From: Longimicrobiales bacterium
Lineage (GTDB): Bacteria; Gemmatimonadota; Gemmatimonadetes; Longimicrobiales; Gaopeijiaceae
Length of the DNA: 64,000 nt
Assembly: GCA_965219445.1 (NCBI GenBank)
Contig: CBDCNQ010000002.1
Location: forward strand, 352,001-416,000
Reading direction: 5' to 3'
The notes below the pieces were generated by a model that saw nothing but the letters and a program-made list of their open reading frames with translations, did not search any database and was not told the origin of the DNA. The position numbers and the translations under genes were made by a program. Of the stretch, positions 33,696 through 42,724 are shown one piece after another (the first letter of the stretch is position 1; each line of letters starts with the position of its first letter).

Positions 33696-34033
33696 TACAA
33701 CGTCGTGAGGTGTGGTGGGCCGATCTCGAGGAGCCTCGCGGATCTGAGCCCGGCTTTCGCCGCCCGATCCTCGTCGTCCAAGCCGACTCCTTCAATCGCA
33801 GCAGACTGCGGACAGTGCTCGGAGTAGTACTGACGTCGAACACGCGGCTCCTTGACGCCCCTGGCAACGTCCTTCTCCCGGCCCGGAATAGCGGCCTGCC
33901 CAAAGACTCGGTGGCCAACGTCACGCAGATCGTGACCCTTGATGAGGCCTACCTGTCGGAGCGAACGGGGCGCTTACCCCCTAAGCTGATGGCCCATGTC
34001 GATGCGGGTCTGAAGCTAGTCCTTGATCTATAG
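33689..34033 (+). CDS. PemK/MazF family toxin
   Basis: VWWADL.EPRGSEPG.RRP.LVVQ.D.FN, DSVANV.QI. Confidence 0.9.
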   Translation: MVVQRREVWWADLEEPRGSEPGFRRPILVVQADSFNRSRLRTVLGVVLTSNTRLLDAPGNVLLPARNSGLPKDSVANVTQIVTLDEAYLSERTGRLPPKLMAHVDAGLKLVLDL

Positions 34034-34045
34034 CCCGACCAAGCG

Positions 34046-34140
34046 CTCTAACGGATCTGCGATTCTGCTGCGCGAACAAGATGCCGACCGCAAGCGAAGC
34101 GCGCGAGCCTCAAGTCTACCGCGACAGTAGCAATCGCTTG
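34046..34140 (+). repeat. attC of the MazEF-like cassette (33413-34140), IS110-interrupted
   Basis: CAAGCGCTCTAAC is the exact complement of cassette start GTTAGAGCGCTTG. Confidence 0.9.
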
Positions 34141-34255
34141 ATACTCATGCAGGCCCCCTCCTGGACCTCTCAGAGAGAGGACGGAATGATCAGAGCGCGA
34201 CGCTCGATCCATCCAACCCAGGAGGGGAACCATGCGCTTCTACACCGGCCAGCAT
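34141..34255 (+). mobile_element. IS110 left-end fragment
   Basis: Matches the left end at 32202. Confidence 0.9.
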
Positions 34256-35312
34256 CCCTCTCTCATGAAGGCGACCCAGGAGCTAGCCAAGCACGTAGGG
34301 GTGAAGCCCGCGTGCGATGCGCTCAGGGTGCCGCGAGCCACGTTCTACCGTCGTCGGAGTGCATCGACCGGGCATCAGCAGCCCCGCCCGACCCCCGCCC
34401 GGGCCTTAAGTGAGAGGGAGCGGGACAAGATTTTCGACACCCTGTGTTCGGAGCGGTTCGTGGACCGGTCCCCAGCCGAGGTGGTGGCGACGCTGCTCGA
34501 CGAGGACGTCTACCTGTGCAGCGAGCGTACGATGTATCGCGTTCTGGCTTCCCAGGTGCCGGTTCAGGAGCGTCGAGCGCAGCGGAGTCATCCCAAATAC
34601 CAGAAGCCCGAGTTGATGGCGAGGGGCCCGAACCAGGTCTGGTCCTGGGATATCACCCGGCTGCTGGGGCCGAAGAAGTGGAGTTACTTCTACCTCTACG
34701 TGATCCTGGACATCTTCAGCCGCTACGTCGTGGGATGGATGGTGGCGGATCGGGAGAACTCTGCCCTGGCCAGCCGGCTGATCCAGCAGAGTTGCTTGAA
34801 GCATGGCGTCCAGCCCCACCTCCTGACCCTGCATTCCGATCGAGGGGCTCCGATGACGAGCCAATGCACGGCTCAACTACTCGCCGATCTCGGCGTGACC
34901 CGCTCGTTGGGCCGACCCCAGGTCTCGGATGACAATCCGTTCTCCGAGGCTCAGTTCAAGACCTTGAAGTACCATCCCTCGTTTCCCGGCCGGTTCGGGG
35001 ATCAGGGGCAAGCCAAGACCTTCTGTCGCTCGTTCTTCCGTTGGTATAATGCCGAGCACCGCCATGGCGGCATCTCGATGCTGACCCCCGAACAGGTCCA
35101 CTTCGGTCACGCCGATCGGATCATCGCCTGCAGGAAGGCCGTGCTCCGTGAGGCATGGGCCGCTCATCCCGAGCGCTTCGTCTCCGGTGAGCCGAAGCCT
35201 AAACCACTCCCGGAGGCCGTCTGGATCAATCCTCCCACCCCATCCCTCACGACACAGGAGATTGCTCTCTAATTGATTTCCAAGAGTGTCTCACTGGCGT
35301 TGACAGGTTCCG
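34256..35312 (+). mobile_element. IS3 derivative lacking orfA; orfB fused in frame to the IS110 start codon (34232-35272)
   Basis: Left tip CCCTCTCT joined to CATGAAG; intact right end. Confidence 0.85.
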
Positions 35313-35766
35313 GTTCCGTACCAGCTCCGACAAGCACTGCGTCCTCACCTTCGTCGATCGTAAGACGGGCTACGTGATGATCGGCAAGCTCGAGGCTCGT
35401 ACCGTCGAGGCTACGAACCGTCGAGCCGTTCGTCTGATCAAGACTGCCGCTCGCCCCACTCACACCATCACGGCCGACAACGGAACTGAGTTCCACGGCT
35501 ATGGGGCGATCGAAGCAGAAACCGGATCGAAATTCTACTTCGCCGCGCCCTACCACTCTTGGGAAAGGGGGACCAGCGAGAACACGAACGGTCTGATTCG
35601 TCAGTACCTACCGAAGCGTACCAGCATGGCTCACATCACCCAGCATGCTTGCAACCGCATCGCTCACAAACTCAACAACCGACCCAGGAAGCGTTTAGGC
35701 TATCGCACCCCCGAGGAATGCTATGTACAGATCTAGCTCGTGTTGCACTTCAAAGTTGATCCGAAG
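35313..35766 (+). mobile_element. IS30-family 3' fragment ending at a cassette start
   Basis: ITADNGTEF, PYHSWERGTSENTNG; same right end as 31341. Confidence 0.88.
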
Positions 35767-35836
35767 TAGCCCTTCCCTCCAGGCTCGGGATTCAGTATAC
35801 GTATAGTACGTTTTGAAACATACGTAGGAAGGACCC

Positions 35837-36067
35837 ATGGCAAAGACCAAGCTCACGCTGTCAGTTGACAAGGCTCTGATTGTGCGAGCTAAACGGTTCT
35901 CGCGGAGGAACGACACCACAGTCTCGGAGTTGGTCTCAAGGTTCTTGGCGTCGCTGGACGATGAGCGAGGTCGGGCGGCGCCTATCACATCGCGTCTACG
36001 TGGAGTCCTCCCTGCTGCCGTCAAACGCGAGGAACATCGGCGGCATCTTGAAGTGAAGCACGGGTGA
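35837..36067 (+). CDS. DUF6364-like RHH antitoxin
   Basis: KTKLTLSVD..LI.RAK..S.....VSELV; coupled to the PIN gene. Confidence 0.75.
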   Translation: MAKTKLTLSVDKALIVRAKRFSRRNDTTVSELVSRFLASLDDERGRAAPITSRLRGVLPAAVKREEHRRHLEVKHG

Positions 36068-36480
36068 AACGGATTCTTCTCGACATCAACGTGGTTCTCG
36101 ACATCTTAGCCGACCGGAAACCCTTCGCTGAGGAGGCTGCCGCGCTCTTCGGAGTGATCGAAACCGGAGGCGTGCAAGGCTTCGTCGCGGCCCATACGGT
36201 GACCACGCTTCACTATCTCCTGGCGAAGCACCTGGGGAAGGCGAGGACACGACGGGTGCTGATGGACCTGCTTCAGTTGCTCCGAGTGGTGGAGGTAGAC
36301 GAGGATCGTTTGCGGCATGCACTGGGGCTGAACTGGACGGACTTCGAGGACGCGGTTCAGGCAGCGTGCGCGGAGAAGGCTGAGGCAGACTACCTCGTGA
36401 CCCGGGACAAGGCCGGGTTCAAGAAGTCTTCAGTACGACCAGTAACGCCAAGCGAGTTGCTTGCTTTGATCCAGGAGTAG
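36064..36480 (+). CDS. PIN domain toxin
   Basis: LLDINVVLD, DFEDAVQ, LVTRD. Confidence 0.88.
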   Translation: MKRILLDINVVLDILADRKPFAEEAAALFGVIETGGVQGFVAAHTVTTLHYLLAKHLGKARTRRVLMDLLQLLRVVEVDEDRLRHALGLNWTDFEDAVQAACAEKAEADYLVTRDKAGFKKSSVRPVTPSELLALIQE

Positions 36481-36493
36481 ATGGATCGGGGCT

Positions 36494-36593
36494 ACCTAAC
36501 GGATCTGCATTTCTGCTGCGCGTCAATCTGCACTCCGCGCACATTGTGCGCGACTCTAACGCCGACCGCGACTGCAGCAAATGCTTGTTAGAA
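36494..36593 (+). repeat. Intact attC site (100 bp)
   Basis: R'' ACCTAAC, arms GCATTTCTGCTG/CAGCAAATGC, R' GTTAGAA. Confidence 0.9.
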
Positions 36594-36657
36594 CGCGCTG
36601 CGGCGGCACTCATCAGCCTCCGTAGTGAGTCAGACGCAGGGGGCTGGCCAGGCGCGA

Positions 36658-37755
36658 CTATAGTGAATCCGCGAACCCCTTGATATCTCGAATAGTGGCC
36701 GCGAACACTTCCGGGAGCGCTTTTCGGAAAACCATATCGCCAGAGTGGCAGGTGCCATTGACGGTCCGGCTGTAGACGTTTACGCCAGCCGCCATGAGCA
36801 TCTGGTGGTACTTCAGTCCCTCGTCCCGTAAAGGGTCTAGCTCATTGACCGATATGACATGCGGGGGCAGACCTTGCAGGTCCTGAGGCTCGGCGAAATA
36901 TGGCCAGCAAAGCGGATTGTGATCGTTCTCGTGCGCGGGGTCATATGCGACGGCACACGCGCCCAACATGCTGCAGTTGAGGAAGTAATCGTCGTTTTCG
37001 TAAAGGGATGGCAGCTCCGAGATCTTGTTGGCCCATGCGTTGGAGATGTACGGACATAGCGCGTAGGCGCCGTCGATCTGTTCGAGCTTGTCATCCTTCT
37101 TGGCCTTTAGAGTCATGGCCAACGAGAGGTTGCCGCCACCGGACTCACCGGACACGACAATCGTGGAAATCCCAAGCGCGGCTTTGTTATCGAACGTCCA
37201 CTGTAGCCCGCTCATGCAATCGTTGAGTCCTGCAGGGAACGGGTGGTTGCCGAGCTTCCCTGCGCCGTTCCGGAACTCCACACCCACCACCACCATTCCG
37301 ACAGCGGAAAGCTCGTCGCGCCAGCGCGTGGCGAGAGAGCCGGCGGCCTCCAGAAGGACCATGGCACCTCCGTGCATATGATACACACACGGTAGCGGAC
37401 CAGAAGCATTCTGGGGCTTGTGCATAAAGAGGCTGATGTCGTTGTCGTCCACTCCCTTTATCACTTCGGTACGCCTCTCCACACTCTCAATCGGTGGTAA
37501 GTCCGTGAGCCAAACTTTGAAGAGGTCTTCGTAGCCCGGCTCCGCCACGGCAATGAACTCGAGTATTTCCTCGAGTTGCGATTCAGCGGTGACCGGTGCG
37601 GGTGGTGGGGCCTCGTCGAAGCCAAATTCGGCGAGGGCGGCCACCATTCGAGGGTGGGCACGGGGATCAGTCTTTAAGACGCTGTCAGGATCGGCGAGTC
37701 GGCCTGGCGAGAAGGGCTGATCGGTTTTGGAACGGACTTGGCCGGACATAGTCAT
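36658..37755 (-). CDS. Alpha/beta hydrolase (HSL-type esterase), reverse-oriented cassette gene
   Basis: HGGA, GESGGG, DPLRDEG, H; cassette ends GTTAGAACGCGC / GCGCGTTCTAAC. Confidence 0.88.
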   Translation of the reverse strand: MTMSGQVRSKTDQPFSPGRLADPDSVLKTDPRAHPRMVAALAEFGFDEAPPPAPVTAESQLEEILEFIAVAEPGYEDLFKVWLTDLPPIESVERRTEVIKGVDDNDISLFMHKPQNASGPLPCVYHMHGGAMVLLEAAGSLATRWRDELSAVGMVVVGVEFRNGAGKLGNHPFPAGLNDCMSGLQWTFDNKAALGISTIVVSGESGGGNLSLAMTLKAKKDDKLEQIDGAYALCPYISNAWANKISELPSLYENDDYFLNCSMLGACAVAYDPAHENDHNPLCWPYFAEPQDLQGLPPHVISVNELDPLRDEGLKYHQMLMAAGVNVYSRTVNGTCHSGDMVFRKALPEVFAATIRDIKGFADSL

Positions 37756-37790
37756 GGTTCTGCCTCTCCTGTTCTGAACCTCTTGGCGCG

Positions 37791-37885
37791 TTCTAACGTC
37801 TCTGCGATTCTGCTGCGCGGCTAATGTGGTGACCGCACGCGAAGCGCGCGAGCCTGATGTCTACCGCGACAGTAGCAATCGCTTG
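37791..37885 (+). repeat. attC site, IS110-interrupted
   Basis: R'' TTCTAAC ... AATCGCTTG; its R' GTTAGAG is displaced to 41049. Confidence 0.9.
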
Positions 37886-37975
37886 ATACTCATGCAGGCC
37901 CCCTCCTGGACCTCTCAGAGAGAGGACGGAATGATCAGAGCGCGACGCTCGATCCATCCAACCCAGGAGGGGAAC

Positions 37976-39542
37976 CGGAACCTGTCAACGCCAGTGAGAC
38001 ACTCTTGGAAATCAATTAGAGAGCAATCTCCTGTGTCGTGAGGGATGGGGTGGGAGGATTGATCCAGACGGCCTCCGGGAGTGGTTTAGGCTTCGGCTCA
38101 CCGGAGACGAAGCGCTCGGGATGAGCGGCCCATGCCTCACGGAGCACGGCCTTCCTGCAGGCGATGATCCGATCGGCGTGACCGAAGTGGACCTGTTCGG
38201 GGGTCAGCATCGAGATGCCGCCATGGCGGTGCTCGGCATTATACCAACGGAAGAACGAGCGACAGAAGGTCTTGGCTTGCCCCTGATCCCCGAACCGGCC
38301 GGGAAACGAGGGATGGTACTTCAAGGTCTTGAACTGAGCCTCGGAGAACGGATTGTCATCCGAGACCTGGGGTCGGCCCAACGAGCGGGTCACGCCGAGA
38401 TCGGCGAGTAGTTGAGCCGTGCATTGGCTCGTCATCGGAGCCCCTCGATCGGAATGCAGGGTCAGGAGGTGGGGCTGGACGCCATGCTTCAAGCAACTCT
38501 GCTGGATCAGCCGGCTGGCCAGGGCAGAGTTCTCCCGATCCGCCACCATCCATCCCACGACGTAGCGGCTGAAGATGTCCAGGATCACGTAGAGGTAGAA
38601 GTAACTCCACTTCTTCGGCCCCAGCAGCCGGGTGATATCCCAGGACCAGACCTGGTTCGGGCCCCTCGCCATCAACTCGGGCTTCTGGTATTTGGGATGA
38701 CTCCGCTGCGCTCGACGCTCCTGAACCGGCACCTGGGAAGCCAGAACGCGATACATCGTACGCTCGCTGCACAGGTAGACGTCCTCGTCGAGCAGCGTCG
38801 CCACCACCTCGGCTGGGGACCGGTCCACGAACCGCTCCGAACACAGGGTGTCGAAAATCTTGTCCCGCTCCCTCTCACTTAAGGCCCGGGCGGGGGTCGG
38901 GCGGGGCTGCTGATGCCCGGTCGATGCACTCCGACGACGGTAGAACGTGGCTCGCGGCACCCTGAGCGCATCGCACGCGGGCTTCACCCCTACGTGCTTG
39001 GCTAGCTCCTGGGTCGCCTTCATGAGTTCGTCCCGTCCTCGAGGCTCAATCCCAGCAGCCCTGCAACTTTTCCCTGGACGTCGATGATCAAGTGCGCCTT
39101 CTGGAGCTCCTTCTCGAGGCGAGTGTTCTCGCGCTCCAGCTTGCGCACCTTCTCCTCCAGCGGATTGCGCTCGCGCTTACGGCCTCGTTTCTTCGACAGC
39201 GCTTTCAGGGACCCGCTATGCGCCGCCTTGCGCCATGTCGTCAGGTGCGACGAGTACAAGCCCTCCCGCCGTAGGAGTCGGCCAACCTCTCCGGGCTCCG
39301 TGCACCGGTCCGCTTCTTCGACGATCCGCAGCTTGTACGACGGAGCGAACCGCCGGCGCAGCGGCCTATCTACCACCTCCGAGTCCGCAGGAGCTGCCGC
39401 GCTTCGCTTACCGTCCCAGGTTGGTGGGGCTATTCCATTCTCTTTCATTCTCTCTCGGTGTCTCAGCATCCTCGGTTTCTCTGCCTTCGCCCTACTCTAA
39501 TTCCTTAGCTGCTCCGTGTCTCACGTAAGTTGGCAGAGAGGG
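37976..39542 (-). mobile_element. IS3-family element, 1567 bp, 3-bp TSD AAC
   Basis: Matches 29492-31058; empty site known from other IS110 copies. Confidence 0.93.
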
Positions 39543-39546
39543 AACC

Positions 39547-40593
39547 ATGCGCTTCTACACCGGCCAGCATCGATACTACTGTGGCATCGACCTTCACGCT
39601 CGCACGCTCTACCTCTGTATCCTGGACTGCCAGGGCAAGATACGACTACACAAGAGGCTACGCTGTGAGCGCGAGGCACTGCTTCGCGCCCTCGAGCCGT
39701 ACCGTTCAGATCTCGTCGTGGGCAGCGAGTGCATCTTCTGCTGGTACTGGCTCGCCGATCTCTGTGCTCGCGAGCAGATCCCCTTCGTGCTCGGCCATGC
39801 GCTCTACATGAAGGCGATCCATGGGGCCAAGGCGAAGAACGACCACATCGACTCCCACAAGACGGCGGTGCTGCTGCGCGGGGGTGCCTTTCCGGTGGCC
39901 TACGTCTATCCCCCGCAGATGCGAGCCACGCGCGATGTGCTCCGGCGCCGACTCTACTTCGTACGCAAGCGCGGCGAACTCCTCGCCCACGTCCGTAACA
40001 CCTTTCATCAGTACAACCTGCCTCGGCCCTCCGGTCAGCTCCTCTATAAGAAGAACCGCGAGGGACTGGCCCAGGCATTCGACGATCGCATGATCCAGAG
40101 GACCATCGAGGCGGATCTCGCACTCGCGGATCGCTTCGACCCCGTGATCCGAGAACTCGAGCGCACGATCGAAGAAGAAGCCCGCGTCCACGACCACGAC
40201 ACGCTGCAGCGGCTGCGAACCATCCCCGGCATTGGCCGCATCCTGGCCCTCACGCTGCTCTATGAGATCCACGACATCGCTCGCTTCAGCACGGTGCAGC
40301 GCTTCAGCTCCTACTGTCGACTCGCCAAGCCCGAGCACCGCAGTGCAGGCAAGCGAGTCGGCAGCGGAGGAGCCAAGATCGGCAACGCACACCTCAAGTG
40401 GGCGTTCAGTGAGGCGGCCGTCCTCTTCCTTCGCGACAACGTCCGCGGCCAGGCCCATCTCAAGAGGCTCGCGCGCCGCCACGGCAAGGGCAAGGCGCTC
40501 AGCATCCTTGCGGCTCGCATCGGACGCGCCACCTACTTCATGCTCAAGAACCGGGAGGCATTCGACACCGAACGCTTCTATACACGCACCTGA
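39547..40593 (+). CDS. IS110 family recombinase
   Basis: GIDLH, GSEC, KNDHIDS (DEDD); IPGIG, RSAGK, GNAHLK. Confidence 0.95.
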   Translation: MRFYTGQHRYYCGIDLHARTLYLCILDCQGKIRLHKRLRCEREALLRALEPYRSDLVVGSECIFCWYWLADLCAREQIPFVLGHALYMKAIHGAKAKNDHIDSHKTAVLLRGGAFPVAYVYPPQMRATRDVLRRRLYFVRKRGELLAHVRNTFHQYNLPRPSGQLLYKKNREGLAQAFDDRMIQRTIEADLALADRFDPVIRELERTIEEEARVHDHDTLQRLRTIPGIGRILALTLLYEIHDIARFSTVQRFSSYCRLAKPEHRSAGKRVGSGGAKIGNAHLKWAFSEAAVLFLRDNVRGQAHLKRLARRHGKGKALSILAARIGRATYFMLKNREAFDTERFYTRT

Positions 40594-41020
40594 CGGGGAG
40601 GGGAGGTTGTGAGCCTTGATTTCTAACTCGAGCGGGCACCGGATGCCTGACAGCCGCCTCGCTTGATTGGACGCCTCCTCCCGCTCCCCACACATCGAGT
40701 CGGTCTCACTCAGGACTCTGCCCCTCACCCGAGCCCGGAGCTAACTGGCCCGCCGCCTCACGGCCCGAGCCTGCTCTCCTTGAATGGAGTCGGACGGCAC
40801 GAGGGCACAGATGAATTTCTAGGTCGTAGCGGCCAGCAGGCTCCTGCTCCGCCGCCTTCGAGCTCGCCTCGAGGGAGATCCGGCGGTTAAACCTCGATAA
40901 GTGTTTGGTGCAGAGCTCACTGCGCTCGCACCTGCTAACGGAAACCAAGTCAGAGGACTCAGCGACCGATGCTCACTCCGCTTACGGCGCCGCTCCGCAG
41001 CGCGGAGGAGGGAACTTGCG
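40594..41020 (+). ncRNA. Predicted bridge/seek RNA of the attC-targeting IS1111
   Basis: Stem-flanked TTCTAAC (40621) and TCGCTTG (40659) match the target halves; GATAAGTG (40896) matches the donor end. Confidence 0.72.
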
Positions 41021-41088
41021 CGCTCTTGACTCCGGGGGCCTGATAAGTGTTAGAGCGCAGCCGACCGAGCCCGAAGTACCCTACGCCA

Positions 41089-41117
41089 TTGACGGATATA
41101 CGCCAATGACGTATCAT
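41089..41117 (+). promoter_or_regulatory. Sigma-70 promoter of the TA cassette
   Basis: TTGACG-17-TATCAT with overlapping imperfect palindrome; ATG 5 nt downstream. Confidence 0.65.
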
Positions 41118-41122
41118 AGCTC

Positions 41123-41440
41123 ATGGTCATCAAGGAGACCTCCATTTTCACCAAGCAGGTGAACAAGCTATTGGACGCGGAGTCCTATCGATTCTTGCAG
41201 CTTCGCCTCGTCGCGGATCCTGAGGCCGGAGATCTCATGCGTGGGACCGGTGGCCTGCGGAAGATTCGGTGGCAGGGGTCTGGTCGCGGAAAACGAGGAG
41301 GTGTCAGGGTGATCTATTATTGGGCCGCGAATCATGACGTCGTTCTGATGTTGCTGATGTACGGAAAGAATGAGCGAGATGACCTCTCTGCCGAACAGAG
41401 CAAGGTGTTGGTCGCTCTTGTGAAGGAGGAGTTCAAATGA
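41123..41440 (+). CDS. RelE/HigB-like toxin
   Basis: PEAGDLMRGTGGLRKIRW..GRGKRGGVRVIYY..YGKNE. Confidence 0.88.
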   Translation: MVIKETSIFTKQVNKLLDAESYRFLQLRLVADPEAGDLMRGTGGLRKIRWQGSGRGKRGGVRVIYYWAANHDVVLMLLMYGKNERDDLSAEQSKVLVALVKEEFK

Positions 41441-41724
41441 GGGACGAGCTTTTCAGCGAACTCGAAGAAAGTCTGAAGGAAGGGGGAGCCATCCTCCGAG
41501 GCGAGCTGGATCCATCCCGCCAGGTAGCCTTTGAGGCTCCAAACGTAGCTGAGATTCGGGAGGAATACGGATTATCTCAGACCAAGTTTGCGGCTCTGCT
41601 TGGGATCAGCGTCCGCACGCTACAGAATTGGGAGCAGGGTCGCCGCCACCCCCAGGGACCTGCGAGAATCTTGTTGAGGGTGGCAGCGAAGCACCCTCGG
41701 GCGGTCCTCGACTCGGTAAAATGA
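41437..41724 (+). CDS. HigA-like HTH antitoxin
   Basis: LSQTKFAALLGISVRTLQNWEQGRR.P.GPA. Confidence 0.88.
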   Translation: MRDELFSELEESLKEGGAILRGELDPSRQVAFEAPNVAEIREEYGLSQTKFAALLGISVRTLQNWEQGRRHPQGPARILLRVAAKHPRAVLDSVK

Positions 41725-41755
41725 CCGGGCCAAAGCACGAGATCGCTTACCTGCG

Positions 41756-41850
41756 CTCTAACGGACTTGCGATTCTGCTGCGCGTCCAAAATGCCGACCG
41801 GAAGCGAAGCGCGCGAGCCTGATGTCTAACGCGACAGGAGCAATCGCTTG
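41756..41850 (+). repeat. attC of the RelE/HigA cassette, IS110-interrupted
   Basis: CTGCGCTCTAAC complements cassette start GTTAGAGCGCAG. Confidence 0.9.
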
Positions 41851-42724
41851 ATACTCATGCAGGCCCCCTCCTGGACCTCTCAGAGAGAGGACGGAATGAT
41901 CAGAGCGCGACGCTCGATCCATCCAACCCAGGAGGGGAACCATGCGCTTCTACACCGGCCAGCATCGATACTACTGTGGCATCGACCTTCACGCTCGCAC
42001 GCTCTACCTCTGTATCCTGGACTGCCAGGGCAAGATACGACTACACAAGAGGCTACGCTGTGAGCGCGAGGCACTGCTTCGCGCCCTCGAGCCGTACCGT
42101 TCAGATCTCGTCGTGGGCAGCGAGTGCATCTTCTGCTGGTACTGGCTCGCCGATCTCTGTGCTCGCGAGCAGATCCCCTTCGTGCTCGGCCATGCGCTCT
42201 ACATGAAGGCGATCCATGGGGCCAAGGCGAAGAACGACCACATCGACTCCCACAAGACGGCGGTGCTGCTGCGCGGGGGTGCCTTTCCGGTGGCCTACGT
42301 CTATCCCCCGCAGATGCGAGCCACGCGCGATGTGCTCCGGCGCCGACTCTACTTCGTACGCAAGCGCGGCGAACTCCTCGCCCACGTCCGTAACACCTTT
42401 CATCAGTACAACCTGCCTCGGCCCTCCGGTCAGCTCCTCTATAAGAAGAACCGCGAGGGACTGGCCCAGGCATTCGACGATCGCATGATCCAGAGGACCA
42501 TCGAGGCGGATCTCGCACTCGCGGATCGCTTCGACCCCGTGATCCGAGAACTCGAGCGCACGATCGAAGAAGAAGCCCGCGTCCACGACCACGACACGCT
42601 GCAGCGGCTGCGAACCATCCCCGGCATTGGCCGCATCCTGGCCCTCACGCTGCTCTATGAGATCCACGACATCGCTCGCTTCAGCACGGTGCAGCGCTTC
42701 AGCTCCTACTGTCGACTCGCCAAG
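41851..42724 (+). mobile_element. IS110 copy truncated by IS3 insertions
   Basis: Same left end and tnp up to YCRLAK. Confidence 0.9.

Larger units (their letters stand above)
37886..41047 (+). mobile_element. Complete IS110/IS1111 attC-targeting element (interrupted by IS3 at its RBS)
   Basis: TG core at both junctions; subterminal IR CAGGCCCCC; predicted circle promoter TTGACT-17-GATACT. Confidence 0.92.

Noticed and set aside
32107..41850. Recurring ~95-bp repeats as a CRISPR array
   Set aside because: They are separated by kilobases containing genes, have R''/R' boxes, and no cas genes are present. They are attC sites.
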